NCBI GenBank assembly: GCA_046045965.1
Contig: JBJOKS010000002.1
Span: 128,001-192,000 of the forward strand
Direction: 5' to 3'
From: Cyanobacteriota bacterium
GTDB lineage: Bacteria > Cyanobacteriota > Cyanobacteriia > Cyanobacteriales > Nostocaceae
DNA length: 64,000 bases
Position 1 is the first letter of the stretch; the number at the start of each line of letters is the position of its first letter. The position numbers and the translations under genes were made by a program. This document shows positions 1 through 10,408 of the stretch, piece after piece. The notes under the pieces are model-generated. The model was not told where the DNA came from. It was given only the letters and a program-made list of their open reading frames with translations, and made no database searches.

Positions 1-206
1 AAAAACAGGGTATACTCCCCGTTGGCATCGTTATAAGTGGCTTGTTGTACTGGATACTGTCCATCATTCAGCTTCGTGGGGGTAGCACTTTGGCTGGTAC
101 TTTGGCTACCACTCTGAGGAGAAGATGTAGTTTGGGTTCCTCCCCCACAGGCGACAGTTGTTAAGCATAAACTCAGGGTTAAACAAGCGATTGTAAATTT
201 ACGCAT
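1..206 (-). CDS. Putative lipoprotein, partial (runs off the window start)
   Basis: Manual translation MRKFTIACLTLSLCLTTVACGGGTQ...: signal peptide with lipobox-like TVAC, then an S/T-rich linker. Alternative in-frame ATG at 221. Confidence 0.7.
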   Translation of the reverse strand, partial: MRKFTIACLTLSLCLTTVACGGGTQTTSSPQSGSQSTSQSATPTKLNDGQYPVQQATYNDANGEYTLF

Positions 207-291
207 TATAATCTTGATCATTGCATGATTGTCCTAATTTGTTAGCTATCCTTGCCAATGTTCTGGTGATAACTACAGACTAACCAACAAG

Positions 292-885
292 TTACAATGG
301 GATCAATTCCGGAAAATACTGCAATAACTGATCGTTAGTCAATTCGTCTCCTAACTGCGCTGGTGAGAAATGCACTTGGATGGCTCGGAGTTTATGTTTG
401 TGGTGTAAATTAATTAAAGCTTTCAATCCTGCTTTTAATGCTTGGATGTTAGAAAGATCAGCTTCTAATTCTGGTACTTCTCCTTCAAAAGCTACTGTCA
501 GCATTACTACTACGTTGCGGGTGACAGGAATAGATAAAGGTTGATCGAAACCAGAGGCAGAACTAATATCAAATTCAGCGCCATATCTTTCGGCGGAGTC
601 GGTAAATAATTCATTCACATAATCTCCCGCTTCTCCTTCATTCCAAAAAACATCGCCTTCGTTAGCTGATGAAAGCCAGTATTCATCAACTCTAAGTAGG
701 CTTTCGCAAATTTCTACCAATCCTTCTCCCAAGACTTCTAAATCGCCATCAGCATCAATGGCTTCCCTGGCAGCGCGGTTTAAAACTCCTAAAATTGGTG
801 CGACTTCGCCTCCTGCTAAATGCAGAAATAGACGGCAAACTACATAGCGAGTTCTACCTATCATGCGGTTAAATGTATCACGCAT
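292..885 (-). CDS. DUF1517-like conserved cyanobacterial protein
   Basis: 197 aa ORF. Resembles DUF1517 from memory (C-terminal ...ELTNDQLLQYFPELIPL). Confidence 0.65.
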   Translation of the reverse strand: MRDTFNRMIGRTRYVVCRLFLHLAGGEVAPILGVLNRAAREAIDADGDLEVLGEGLVEICESLLRVDEYWLSSANEGDVFWNEGEAGDYVNELFTDSAERYGAEFDISSASGFDQPLSIPVTRNVVVMLTVAFEGEVPELEADLSNIQALKAGLKALINLHHKHKLRAIQVHFSPAQLGDELTNDQLLQYFPELIPL

Positions 886-1094
886 TTTTTTTCTCCAGTA
901 ATTTTCTCAGTTATGGCGGTTGTCAGTTGGATGAGAACATACATTTATAGCAGGAGTTGGGAGTCAGGAGGTAGGGGGCAGGAGTTCTTAATTTTGGATT
1001 TGGGATTTGGAATTTTGGATTGTTTTTGTCAACTCCAATCTAACATCTAAAATGTTCCTCCCCCTGAACCCATCTCCCTGTTAAGAGTTCCCTG

Positions 1095-2654
1095 TCACTG
1101 ATTAATAAGGTAAAAACCTTGGACAAAATCTATGATCATCTTTAAGGAAGGTATAATATATTCTGATTCTCCAGATATATCATCGCCAGTACCACTATTA
1201 GAATAACGATTGACAAATCTTTTGCCAAAGTTAGGATGATCATAGATGGTCAAGCACTGGGCGCTAGAATTGGTTAATATTGTTTGGGTTGGCGCTTTAA
1301 AAAATCTTAGTTTTGCTGCTACTTCTAAATTTTTTTTCGTTTGTTTAATAGTTTTAGATTTATTGATAGCTTCCTCTATCAGCAACATTATTTTTTTTGC
1401 GAGTACGGGTGATTTGAAAATAGAGTTAGTAATTCCTTCTTGACAAATCATGTCTACCATTGTGTAAATAACTTTTTGGGTAGCTGTTGCATCTTTAAAC
1501 GGAAGAATTGCCATAAAAGCTGTGGATAATAAAGCTTCATCGCTATCTACTCGAAAGGTTAAAACAGTCCTGCGGTTACTGATTTCTAGGCTGGGAGGGT
1601 GAATTAATCCCTGGTATTCTTGAGCTATTTGGAAATAAGTACCAGCAAGAACAAAGTTAGCTTCGTGTTCTAATGGTAAATCAACAATAATGCGGATTGT
1701 TGGTGGTGTCGCATTAAAAAAGTCGCGTAATTCTTCTTCATTGAAATTTTGGATAATGGTGCGATCGCCTGTGGGAGAAAGATCAACCCATTCGCATTTA
1801 ATACCTTCAATTTTTAAACCAAATCTGGGGGTAGCATACAGCTTGGCACCGGTTAAGGTAGATCCAGTTAAGTCCGCACCCATCCATTCAACTTTAATTA
1901 ATTTTGACTGAGTTAAATTAGCGTGTACTAAACTTGCATTTGTTAAATTGGCATTAGTCAAATCTGCCCCCGTTAAATTGGCTCCACTCAGTTTGGCTCC
2001 ACTTAAGTCAGCCCAAATCAAATTTGCCCCTCTTAAATCTGCCCATCTCAGATTTGCCCCACTTAAATCGGCTCCACTGAGGTTAGCCATACAAAGATTA
2101 GCTTGTCTGAGTTCACTGTCTCGTAAATTTGCGCCACTCATGTCTGAGGAAGTCATATCAGCGGCGTTTAAGTTGGCCATTTCTAAGTTGGCTTCTCTCA
2201 AACAAGAACCTCTTAAGTTGGCTTCGTTTAAATTAGCCCGACGGAGATTTGCTTGTCGCAGTGTAGCTTCTCGTAAGTCAGCACTGTTGAGATTAGCTTC
2301 ACACATATCAGCGCGGCTAAAATCTGTGCGAATCAACTCGGCGCGAATAAAGGAGGCTTGACGCAGTTGAGTGCGAGTTAGATCCGCACGAATTAAATTA
2401 GCAACGTTAAGACTACAGTTATTAAGAATAGCGCCAGCGAGAGTTGCACCACTAAGTCTAGCTACATTGAGCTTGGCATAACTCAAATCAGCATCAGTAA
2501 GATTTATGCCACTGAGATTCGCTACGCTCAAATTAGCGTCGCTAAGATTAATACCACTAAGTTTAGTGCCACTTAAATTGACTTCAGCCAGGTCAGCGCC
2601 ACTAAAATCTAAGACTCCCGTTGCATATTTTTCTAGTAATTCTTCTATAGTCAT
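1095..2654 (-). CDS. Pentapeptide repeat protein with a C-terminal non-repeat domain
   Basis: Long run of A(D/N)LxxA(N/D)L repeats over the first ~270 aa. Confidence 0.95.
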   Translation of the reverse strand: MTIEELLEKYATGVLDFSGADLAEVNLSGTKLSGINLSDANLSVANLSGINLTDADLSYAKLNVARLSGATLAGAILNNCSLNVANLIRADLTRTQLRQASFIRAELIRTDFSRADMCEANLNSADLREATLRQANLRRANLNEANLRGSCLREANLEMANLNAADMTSSDMSGANLRDSELRQANLCMANLSGADLSGANLRWADLRGANLIWADLSGAKLSGANLTGADLTNANLTNASLVHANLTQSKLIKVEWMGADLTGSTLTGAKLYATPRFGLKIEGIKCEWVDLSPTGDRTIIQNFNEEELRDFFNATPPTIRIIVDLPLEHEANFVLAGTYFQIAQEYQGLIHPPSLEISNRRTVLTFRVDSDEALLSTAFMAILPFKDATATQKVIYTMVDMICQEGITNSIFKSPVLAKKIMLLIEEAINKSKTIKQTKKNLEVAAKLRFFKAPTQTILTNSSAQCLTIYDHPNFGKRFVNRYSNSGTGDDISGESEYIIPSLKMIIDFVQGFYLINQ

Positions 2655-2736
2655 GAATCTACCTCTCGGATGCCAACTTTAAATAGTTGGTAAAGTATGC
2701 AGATAATATTTCAAAGTTTAGTTGTCAAGGGTAAAA

Positions 2737-3573
2737 ATGAAAATTGGTATTTTAGGATTGGGGTTAATAGGCGGTTCTTTAGGTTTTGATTTACGCTCCC
2801 AAGGACATTATCTGTTAGGTGTTAGCCGTCGTGAATCTACCTGTCAAAAAGCTATTGACATCGGCAGTGTCGATCAAGCCTCAATTGAGTTGAGTTTGTT
2901 GGCATTTGCTGAAGTTGTGTTTATTTGCACCCCTATAGGACTTATTGTGCCTCAAGTTGAACAGTTAGTTGCTCATTTGCCACAAACTACTATTATCACT
3001 GATGTAGGTTCTGTAAAAACACCTATAGTAAATGCAATTTCTCCCCTATGGAATAATTTTGTTGGTGGTCATCCTATGGCGGGAAACACAGATGTGGGTA
3101 TAGAGGCTGCACAAAGAAATTTATTTGTGAATCGGCCTTATGTACTCACACCAATAGAGACAACGCCAACCAGTGCAATTACTGTTTTAGAGGAAATAGT
3201 GCGATCGCTTGGTTCTATTATCTACCATTGTCCGCCAGAAAAACACGACCGCGCTGTAAGTTGGATTTCCCATTTACCTGTCATGGTTAGCGCCTCTTTG
3301 ATGGCTGCTTGTTTGGGTGAATCAGATCCAGAAATTTTCCAATTAGCCCAAAACCTTGCTAGTTCAGGATTTCGGGATACCAGCCGCGTTGGGGCGGGCA
3401 ATCCCGAATTAGGGGTAATGATGGCGCAATATAATCGTCAAGCATTAGTTAGTTCACTACATCAATATCGTCAAAACCTAGATGAATTTATTAACCTGAT
3501 TGAACAAGAAAAATGGGAAATGTTAGCAGAAAAGCTGACGTTAAATCAACAGAGTCGCCCTAAATTTCTGTAG
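2737..3573 (+). CDS. tyrA: Prephenate/arogenate dehydrogenase
   Basis: GLGLIGGS Rossmann motif, DVGSVK, GGHPMAG, HD...SHLP, GFRDTSR. Confidence 0.93.
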   Translation: MKIGILGLGLIGGSLGFDLRSQGHYLLGVSRRESTCQKAIDIGSVDQASIELSLLAFAEVVFICTPIGLIVPQVEQLVAHLPQTTIITDVGSVKTPIVNAISPLWNNFVGGHPMAGNTDVGIEAAQRNLFVNRPYVLTPIETTPTSAITVLEEIVRSLGSIIYHCPPEKHDRAVSWISHLPVMVSASLMAACLGESDPEIFQLAQNLASSGFRDTSRVGAGNPELGVMMAQYNRQALVSSLHQYRQNLDEFINLIEQEKWEMLAEKLTLNQQSRPKFL

Positions 3574-3670
3574 TTGGGTAGAAGGCAGAGGGTAGGAGGC
3601 AAGGGAATAGGAATTAAGGAAAAATATATTACCAATGCCAATACCCAATGCCGAATTTCCATCCGTTAGT

Positions 3671-4378
3671 TCAATCTCTCCATAAAGCAATCCCACCTAA
3701 TAAACCGGTGATATTAGGAATCAGCTTCACGTTTAAGGGTAAGTTCATATTCACGCGCACAGCTTCACCACCACCGATGTAAAGACAATCATAGTTAAAT
3801 AGACGTTGTAAAGATGTGATCGCTTTTTTTAACCGCTGATTCCATTTCTTATCGCCAATCTTTTCTAATGCAGCACGTCCTAGCTGTTCTTCATAAGTCT
3901 TACCTTTGCGAAACTGATGATGTCCCATTTCCATATTGGCAACTAATTTCCCATCTACAAACAAAGCTGAACCAAAACCAGTACCCAAGGTAATTACTAA
4001 TTCTACGCCTTTACCGGCAATTGCTCCTAATCCTTGCATATCTGCATCGTTAATTACTTTTACAGGTTTATTTAACAGTCCAGATAGTGCTGTTGCTAAA
4101 TCGAAGCCAATCCAATTAGCATCTAAATTTACTGCTGTTTCTGTAACTCCATTGCGAACTACACCAGGAAAACCGACGGAAACCCGATGATACTCACCTT
4201 GAGATGCGGCTAATACAGCAATGGCATTAATTATTACTTCTGGTGTGGCTGGATGGGGTGTTTCTAATCTTCCCCTTTCTGTTAATGGTTTGCCGGTGAT
4301 GTCCAAAACTATAGCTTTAACACCACTTCCACCAATATCTACTGATAGGGTACGAACTGATCCGTTATCTTCAACCAT
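3671..4378 (-). CDS. ppgK: ROK-family polyphosphate glucokinase
   Basis: DIGGSGVK, GFPGVV, NDAD, TLGTGFGS, EMGH motifs. Confidence 0.85.
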   Translation of the reverse strand: MVEDNGSVRTLSVDIGGSGVKAIVLDITGKPLTERGRLETPHPATPEVIINAIAVLAASQGEYHRVSVGFPGVVRNGVTETAVNLDANWIGFDLATALSGLLNKPVKVINDADMQGLGAIAGKGVELVITLGTGFGSALFVDGKLVANMEMGHHQFRKGKTYEEQLGRAALEKIGDKKWNQRLKKAITSLQRLFNYDCLYIGGGEAVRVNMNLPLNVKLIPNITGLLGGIALWRD

Positions 4379-4533
4379 TGGAGTTTTTCCCTTATGCTGC
4401 AATTTCTTTGGCTATTATGATCTGTTAAATTCCAGTCAGTAGCAGATATTCCGAGTATTTTCACAAATTCCCGCATCTGGAGGTGACAGGGACTGGGAAG
4501 GTGGGGAGAATAACAACTTACTGATAACTAATG

Positions 4534-4571
4534 ACCAATTACCAATTACCAATTACCAATTACCAATTACC
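4534..4571. repeat. STRR heptamer array (ACCAATT)n
   Basis: About 5 tandem copies, read directly. Confidence 0.9.
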
Positions 4572-4656
4572 ATCTAGATTTGCTAATGTAGGAGTAGTGC
4601 CAAAATTGCTAATACTGGCGTAGTTCTTTATTAAAAATATTATCAGACAAAGCATT

Positions 4657-5163
4657 ATGACAACCTTTGAATCTAATAGCCTACGTTCCTATAGCCAAGA
4701 AGAGGTTCAGCAAATACTGCAACTAGCGATCGCTCGTCAAACCGATGATGGTGATCAAGAATTTTCATATCAGCAAATCATTGAAATTGCAGCCGAGTTA
4801 CAAATTTCACCAGAAGCAGTCAAACAAGCAGAATTTGACTGGATAGCCCTACAAAGCGAAGCACAACAACGCAAAGCTTTTGACCTTTACCGCCAAGGTA
4901 AATTTAAAAAACGTCTGGGTAATTATGCAATTATCAATGGTTTTTTCATACTTGCAGATTTGATTGGTGGTGCTGGTCTTTCTTGGTCACTATACATTTT
5001 ACTATTCTGCGGATTAGCAATTGTACTTGATATCTGGAATACCTTTCAAAGTCAAGGTGAAGACTATGAAGTTGCTTTCCAAAAATGGAACCGTAAGCAT
5101 CAAATTAAACAAACTATCAATACAGTTATAAATAAGTGGTTTAAGGCACTACAAACACATTAA
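4657..5163 (+). CDS. 2TM-domain membrane protein
   Basis: N-terminal YSQEEVQQILQLA helix and two hydrophobic segments. Confidence 0.75.
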   Translation: MTTFESNSLRSYSQEEVQQILQLAIARQTDDGDQEFSYQQIIEIAAELQISPEAVKQAEFDWIALQSEAQQRKAFDLYRQGKFKKRLGNYAIINGFFILADLIGGAGLSWSLYILLFCGLAIVLDIWNTFQSQGEDYEVAFQKWNRKHQIKQTINTVINKWFKALQTH

Positions 5164-5168
5164 ATTTA

Positions 5169-5222
5169 GTAATTGGTAATTGGTAATTGATAATTGGTAA
5201 TGGGTAATTGGTAATTGGTAAT
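5169..5222. repeat. STRR heptamer array (GTAATTG)n
   Basis: About 7 imperfect tandem copies. Confidence 0.9.
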
Positions 5223-5608
5223 GAGTGATTGATTACTTGATTTTAGTAGTATTGAATACAAAAAATCATCCTTACCCTAATGCAATTTCGGCAAAAATCA
5301 AAATCTTGATGAATATTGTTGATTGAGAAATCATTAACATATCTATCAAATATTGTCATGGCAATTTGACCAGATTTTTGATTTAGATTGCTATATAATC
5401 AAAATACATTAGTAATCATGGCTCTTGTGGTTTTCCCATAGTCAGGAAAACAGAAGACATTTTCAGAACTTTAAATATAATAAGTAATTCCTCAATCCCT
5501 AACCAGGTTGAACTACCATTTCAGTCAGCAAGAGTCCGTGAAATAAAGGGAAAATGTGGAAAAAACTTAGCATTATTTATCATGCAGTCACTCTTCTTAG
5601 ATTATGTC

Positions 5609-7684
5609 ATGATATGCTGCTTAAATCCCGATTGCCAAAATCCACAAAATCCCGATGTCAACGAGTTTTGTCAAAGTTGTAATACTCCCTTAGTACCACT
5701 TTTAAGAAATCGTTTCCGCGTGATCCGGGTACTTTCCGATGAAGGAGGATTTGGTAGAACCTATCTATCAGAAGATACAGATAAATTAAATGATTGTTGT
5801 GTAGTTAAACAGTTAGCACCAAAATTTCAAGGAACTTGGTCACAAAAAAAAGCTATGGAGTTGTTTAGCGAAGAAGCAAAACGACTTCAAGAACTGGGAG
5901 AACATCCACAAATTCCCACTCTATTAGCTTATTTTGAACAAGATAACTGCTTGTATTTGGTACAACAGTTTATTGATGGCAATAATTTATTACAGGAGTT
6001 ACAGTTAAGAAAGAACTATAAAGATTGGGATATTCAATCTATTTTACTAGATTTGTTGCCTATTCTCAAATTTATTCATAGTCGAGGAGTGATTCATCGA
6101 GATATCAAACCTGAAAATATTATCCGACGTAAAAGTGATGGAAGATTAACACTAATTGATTTTGGTTCTTCCAAACAATTAACAGCTACAGTGCAGAAAA
6201 AACATGGTACTTCAATTGGTTCACATGGTTATTCTGCTATTGAACAAATCAGAGATGGTAAAGCTTACCCTGCTAGTGATTTATTTGGTTTAGGAGCTAC
6301 TTGCTTTCATTTAATCACGGGAATTTCTCCTTTTCAATTGTGGATGGAACATGGTTATAGTTGGGTAAAAAATTGGCAAGATTATTTGCGATCTCCTCTT
6401 AGTCATGAATTAGCAATTATTATTGATAAGTTGTTACAAACAGATATTCGGAATCGCTATCAATCTGCTGATGAAGTTATTAGAGATTTGAGTAAACAGT
6501 ACACACATTTACTAGCACCAGCTAGTAATTCTTTATTAGCAACACCACCAAAAAAAGCGGATGTTTATCCTAAAAAATATATTTTTCTGAGAAATTCACT
6601 TTTAATATTGGGGACGATGATATTTTTAGGTCTGGGAGAATTTGGTTATAGACACTTTCACCAACTACAAACAGCTATTTCTTCTCGTTTTAATTCCCCA
6701 ACAAAGAGTACAGCTAATAGTGATGCTGTTGTTTATCAACCACCACAAGAAAATATAGAAAAAATTGCTTTATTGAAAACTATTTCTGAACCAAATGAAT
6801 TGATTTTATCTGTTGCTATTACTCCAGATGGTCAAACTATTGCTAGTGGTGGTAATCTCATAATTAAATTATGGAATATTACCACAGGTCAAGAAATTAC
6901 AACCCTGAAAGGACATACAAAAAATGTCAATGTCGTAGCTATTAGTCCTGATGGTAAAAATGTGGTTAGTGGTAGTGATGACAAAACAATTAAAGTTTGG
7001 AATTTGCAAACAAAAAAGTTAGTTCATACCCTCATTAGTCATAGTGACTCAGTTCATGCTTTGGCTATTAGCAAAGATGGAAAAACTTTGATAAGTGCTG
7101 GTGATGATAAAACAATTAAAGTTTGGAATTTAGCTACAGGGAAGTTAATTCGTACTCTCAAAGGCCATGCTTACTGGGTGCGTTCTGTGGCTATTAGTCC
7201 TGATGGTGTTACCCTCGCAAGTGGTAGTTTTGATAAGACTATTAAACTGTGGAATATTACTCAAGAAACACCAATTCATAACTTAAGTCCAAATTCGCAA
7301 ACTGTGACATCTTTGGCTTTTAGTCCAGATGGTAAAATTCTTGCTAGTGCTAGTCGCGATCGGCAAATTAAACTCTGGAATCTCAATACAAAGACGGAAA
7401 TTAACACGATTACAAAAGAAGATCATAATGTCACATCTTTAGCTTTTAGTCCAGATGGTAAAACTCTTGTTAGTGGTAATCGCCATTGTACAGAATGTAA
7501 CGACACTATTAATCCTAATATTAAATTATGGGATGTCGTGACAGGTGAGGAACTTTCCACTGTAACTGGACATACTAACACAGTTACTTCTCTGGTTTTT
7601 AGCGCAGATGGTAAAATTTTAGTTAGTAGTGGAGAGGATAATAAAATTAACATTTGGCGTTTTTTACAGTCCAGCAAGGAATAG
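5609..7684 (+). CDS. Ser/Thr protein kinase with Cys-rich N-terminus, TM helix and WD40 repeats
   Basis: CLNPDC...CxxC prefix, GGFG, HRDIKPEN, DFG and about 7 GH...WD-type repeats. Confidence 0.95.
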   Translation: MICCLNPDCQNPQNPDVNEFCQSCNTPLVPLLRNRFRVIRVLSDEGGFGRTYLSEDTDKLNDCCVVKQLAPKFQGTWSQKKAMELFSEEAKRLQELGEHPQIPTLLAYFEQDNCLYLVQQFIDGNNLLQELQLRKNYKDWDIQSILLDLLPILKFIHSRGVIHRDIKPENIIRRKSDGRLTLIDFGSSKQLTATVQKKHGTSIGSHGYSAIEQIRDGKAYPASDLFGLGATCFHLITGISPFQLWMEHGYSWVKNWQDYLRSPLSHELAIIIDKLLQTDIRNRYQSADEVIRDLSKQYTHLLAPASNSLLATPPKKADVYPKKYIFLRNSLLILGTMIFLGLGEFGYRHFHQLQTAISSRFNSPTKSTANSDAVVYQPPQENIEKIALLKTISEPNELILSVAITPDGQTIASGGNLIIKLWNITTGQEITTLKGHTKNVNVVAISPDGKNVVSGSDDKTIKVWNLQTKKLVHTLISHSDSVHALAISKDGKTLISAGDDKTIKVWNLATGKLIRTLKGHAYWVRSVAISPDGVTLASGSFDKTIKLWNITQETPIHNLSPNSQTVTSLAFSPDGKILASASRDRQIKLWNLNTKTEINTITKEDHNVTSLAFSPDGKTLVSGNRHCTECNDTINPNIKLWDVVTGEELSTVTGHTNTVTSLVFSADGKILVSSGEDNKINIWRFLQSSKE

Positions 7685-7695
7685 AGAATTGGTAA

Positions 7696-7872
7696 CTAGG
7701 GTTTGCTGAAAAAAGGGAACAGGGAACAGGGAACAGGGAACAGATAACAAACTTTAGTTCTGAGTTTAAAGCTCAGTCAAAAAAAAGATGTTTTTAAAAG
7801 ATGCATAGCACGCAAAAAACAGTGTCATTATTTCAATCTTATGTTTTTAAACATGAGTTTTTCCTGTTCCCT
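7696..7872. repeat. Putative IS/MITE remnant with (GGGAACA)n STRR
   Basis: Starts with AGGGTTTGCTGAAAAA, which resembles cyanobacterial IS/MITE ends from memory. No matching right end seen. Confidence 0.35.
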
Positions 7873-7896
7873 CTGAATTTCACCTGTCACCTCTTC

Positions 7897-7930
<34 letters not shown>

Positions 7931-7935
7931 TTTTA

Positions 7936-9201
7936 TTAACGTCTATCTCTTTCTAAATCATCAATTACTGTTTGCAAATACCACTCTTCCGACATACCCG
8001 GATAAAAATCTTTCTTTTGCTGAATTAATCTTTCGGCTATTTCCCAATGTCCCCCAACCATGCGTAATAGTCTTTGACGTAATAGGTTAGAGGTGACTTT
8101 TTTGGTTTCTGGGATAGATGATTGGATTTTTTGTGAGCTATTTAATACTTGTTGATAATTTTGCCAATCTTCTTGTTCACAATAGATACTCGCTGCTTTT
8201 TGATAATCTTCTACAGCATGAGATATTTCTTCTAAACAAGTGTAGGCAATACCACGATTATAGTAAGCTAAGGCATGATCAGGATTAATTTGTATTGCTT
8301 GAGAGTAATCTTGAATTGCTGCTAAATAATTACCCATTGCTTGATAAATATTACCTCTAGCAATGTATACTAAAATTTCTTGAGGCTGCATTTTTAGAGC
8401 TTGATTGATATCAGCTAAACCTCCTTGATGATCTCCTATTTGAGAACGGGCTTTTCCGCGATTTCGATAAACAATAGCATCTTTAAAATTGAGTTCTAGG
8501 GCTTGATTGAAATCTGCGATCGCCTCTCGATAATTTCCCATTTTGCAATATACCACCCCACGACAGCAATAAGCTTGAGCATCTTGATTATCAGCTTTTA
8601 ATATCCAGTTTAAATCAGCGATCGCTTCTTTTGTATCTCCTTTTTCTGCCTTGTCTAATAATTGTGTGAAATAATCTTGAGTAGATATGATTGGTGCAGG
8701 TTTGGTAATAGCTGGATTTGGTGTAGGTTCTACTTTTGGTTGTAGCTGTTTAATTTTATCTAAACAAAGGCGAACATTTTCTTTATCTTTTTGTTCTAAA
8801 TATAATTCTGCTGCTTTTTTAAAATTAGCGATCGCCTCTGGAATATTTCCTTGTTTGCGCTGAACTATCCCTCGTAAATCATAAGCAGCAGCATCATTAA
8901 ATTTAAAGTGAATTGCTTTTTCTACATCTTCTAAAGCACCAGGAAAATTTTTTAAAGTTAACTTTGCTAAAGCCCGAAAATAATAAGCTTTTGCATTTTC
9001 CCCATCCAACTTAATAGCTTCATTATAATCAAAGACGGCTGGCAAAGTTGCACCTGAGTTGTAATAAGCCAGACCCCGTTCCATGTAAGCTTTGCTAAAG
9101 TAAGGATCTAGCTGTATAGCTTGGTTAAATGCCTCAATAGCACCAGCATAGTCTTTTTGTTTAGCTTGTTCTAATCCGCGACTGTAAAATTCTGAAGTCA
9201 T
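7936..9201 (-). CDS. Tetratricopeptide repeat protein
   Basis: Multiple AYxNRG...A..D...A TPR motifs. Confidence 0.92.
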   Translation of the reverse strand: MTSEFYSRGLEQAKQKDYAGAIEAFNQAIQLDPYFSKAYMERGLAYYNSGATLPAVFDYNEAIKLDGENAKAYYFRALAKLTLKNFPGALEDVEKAIHFKFNDAAAYDLRGIVQRKQGNIPEAIANFKKAAELYLEQKDKENVRLCLDKIKQLQPKVEPTPNPAITKPAPIISTQDYFTQLLDKAEKGDTKEAIADLNWILKADNQDAQAYCCRGVVYCKMGNYREAIADFNQALELNFKDAIVYRNRGKARSQIGDHQGGLADINQALKMQPQEILVYIARGNIYQAMGNYLAAIQDYSQAIQINPDHALAYYNRGIAYTCLEEISHAVEDYQKAASIYCEQEDWQNYQQVLNSSQKIQSSIPETKKVTSNLLRQRLLRMVGGHWEIAERLIQQKKDFYPGMSEEWYLQTVIDDLERDRR

Positions 9202-9401
9202 AATTTTTGATATGAACTCGGCTTAAATTATAGAACTAATCGCACAGGGTATAACTAATTATCCTAATTATCCGAACTTGAACAGCTGTTATGCAGCTAA
9301 ATTGTATAATCCTCAATAGTTAAGTCTTGTGGTGCGCGCTGAAAAACCCGCTAGACTGATACAAATTAAATGCACAACAGCTTATTAAACATTTGGTAAG
9401 T

Positions 9402-9437
9402 GCGATTGCGCTCTAGCGCAGTGCCATAGGCAATCGC
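9402..9437. mobile_element. Small dispersed repeat inserted in a HIP1 site (SDR5-like)
   Basis: GCGAT-TGCGCTCTAGCGCAGTGCCATAGGCAAT-CGC; closely similar to the copy at 10810-10844. Confidence 0.7.
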
Positions 9438-9583
9438 TCTCTAAAATCCAACAGGCTTGGTCTAACTTTTCAACTTCAAAACATTAAAACAAAAGATTTG
9501 CTGCATTAAAAGTACCTGTGATAGACGTAAAGTTGATTTCCAGATCACCTTTTTTAATTTTTAATTGATTTCTCCCTATGCTC

Positions 9584-10252
9584 CTATTCCGTAATTAAAC
9601 TAGGACAAGTCAGTACGAAAACATCCCTAGTTCCCGGTGCTAGATTTTGGGATTTAATGGGAGTTGTAAAGTGAAAGAAATCATGATCGTTGACCACAAT
9701 TAGTTCTCCTGGTTGCAGGATTTTGTTAAAAACTGGTTTCTGTTTTTTAGCAGTATATAAATGTGTTTCTCCACCTTGAATATTGTCTCTACCAACAGAA
9801 AAGATGGCTATAAAATCAGTTCCATCTTGATGAATACCTTCAGGGGCGGGATTTCCTAAATGACCTGGTGAACAAGTAGTTCTAATTTGATGAATACCAA
9901 TTTCTGCTTCTGGATGCAGTTTACAAGAATCAATAAATGCTAATACCAAATTCTTGAAAATCTCCAGTTCTACAAGTTCATCTTCTAATTCTGCAAACTC
10001 TCTTTTGATATCACCCAATAAAGGGTTATATTCTTGGCTTTGGAATAAATGTCCATGGGGGAGTTTAATCAACTTATTCTCAGAAACTATTACCCTTGAT
10101 AACCTTCTTGAACGATATTTACCCTTAATGTAAGGATCAATAGGTAAGTTCTGAAAAAATGGCTGGAAACCTTCACTATTAATCGAATTTACTTTTCTGA
10201 GGGTAAACAAAAAAGCATATTCTAACTTTGTCGCTGACGAAACTTGTTGCAT
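9584..10252 (-). CDS. 2OG-Fe(II) dioxygenase family protein (2OG-Fe_Oxy_2 type)
   Basis: PEGIHQDG (HxD), distal H and RDV motifs. Confidence 0.85.
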   Translation of the reverse strand: MQQVSSATKLEYAFLFTLRKVNSINSEGFQPFFQNLPIDPYIKGKYRSRRLSRVIVSENKLIKLPHGHLFQSQEYNPLLGDIKREFAELEDELVELEIFKNLVLAFIDSCKLHPEAEIGIHQIRTTCSPGHLGNPAPEGIHQDGTDFIAIFSVGRDNIQGGETHLYTAKKQKPVFNKILQPGELIVVNDHDFFHFTTPIKSQNLAPGTRDVFVLTCPSLITE

Positions 10253-10408
10253 AGGATTGTTCTCCTTGCATTTTCAAATACTCCCAAATTTTTTAACGTG
10301 GGAGGTCTGTAATATCTATTATACGCAATTATTCACCAACTGTGGTAAATTTGACTACAAAAATTGTTAAGCTGGGTTATTTAATCAGACCTATAGCTAC
10401 TCGCTTTC

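Noticed and set aside
1246..2361. Plus-strand ORFs opposite the pentapeptide gene (and similar antisense ORFs in ppgK, phoH, ffh, groEL, ACAD and the histidine kinase)
   Set aside because: Shadow ORFs on the antisense strand of clear genes.
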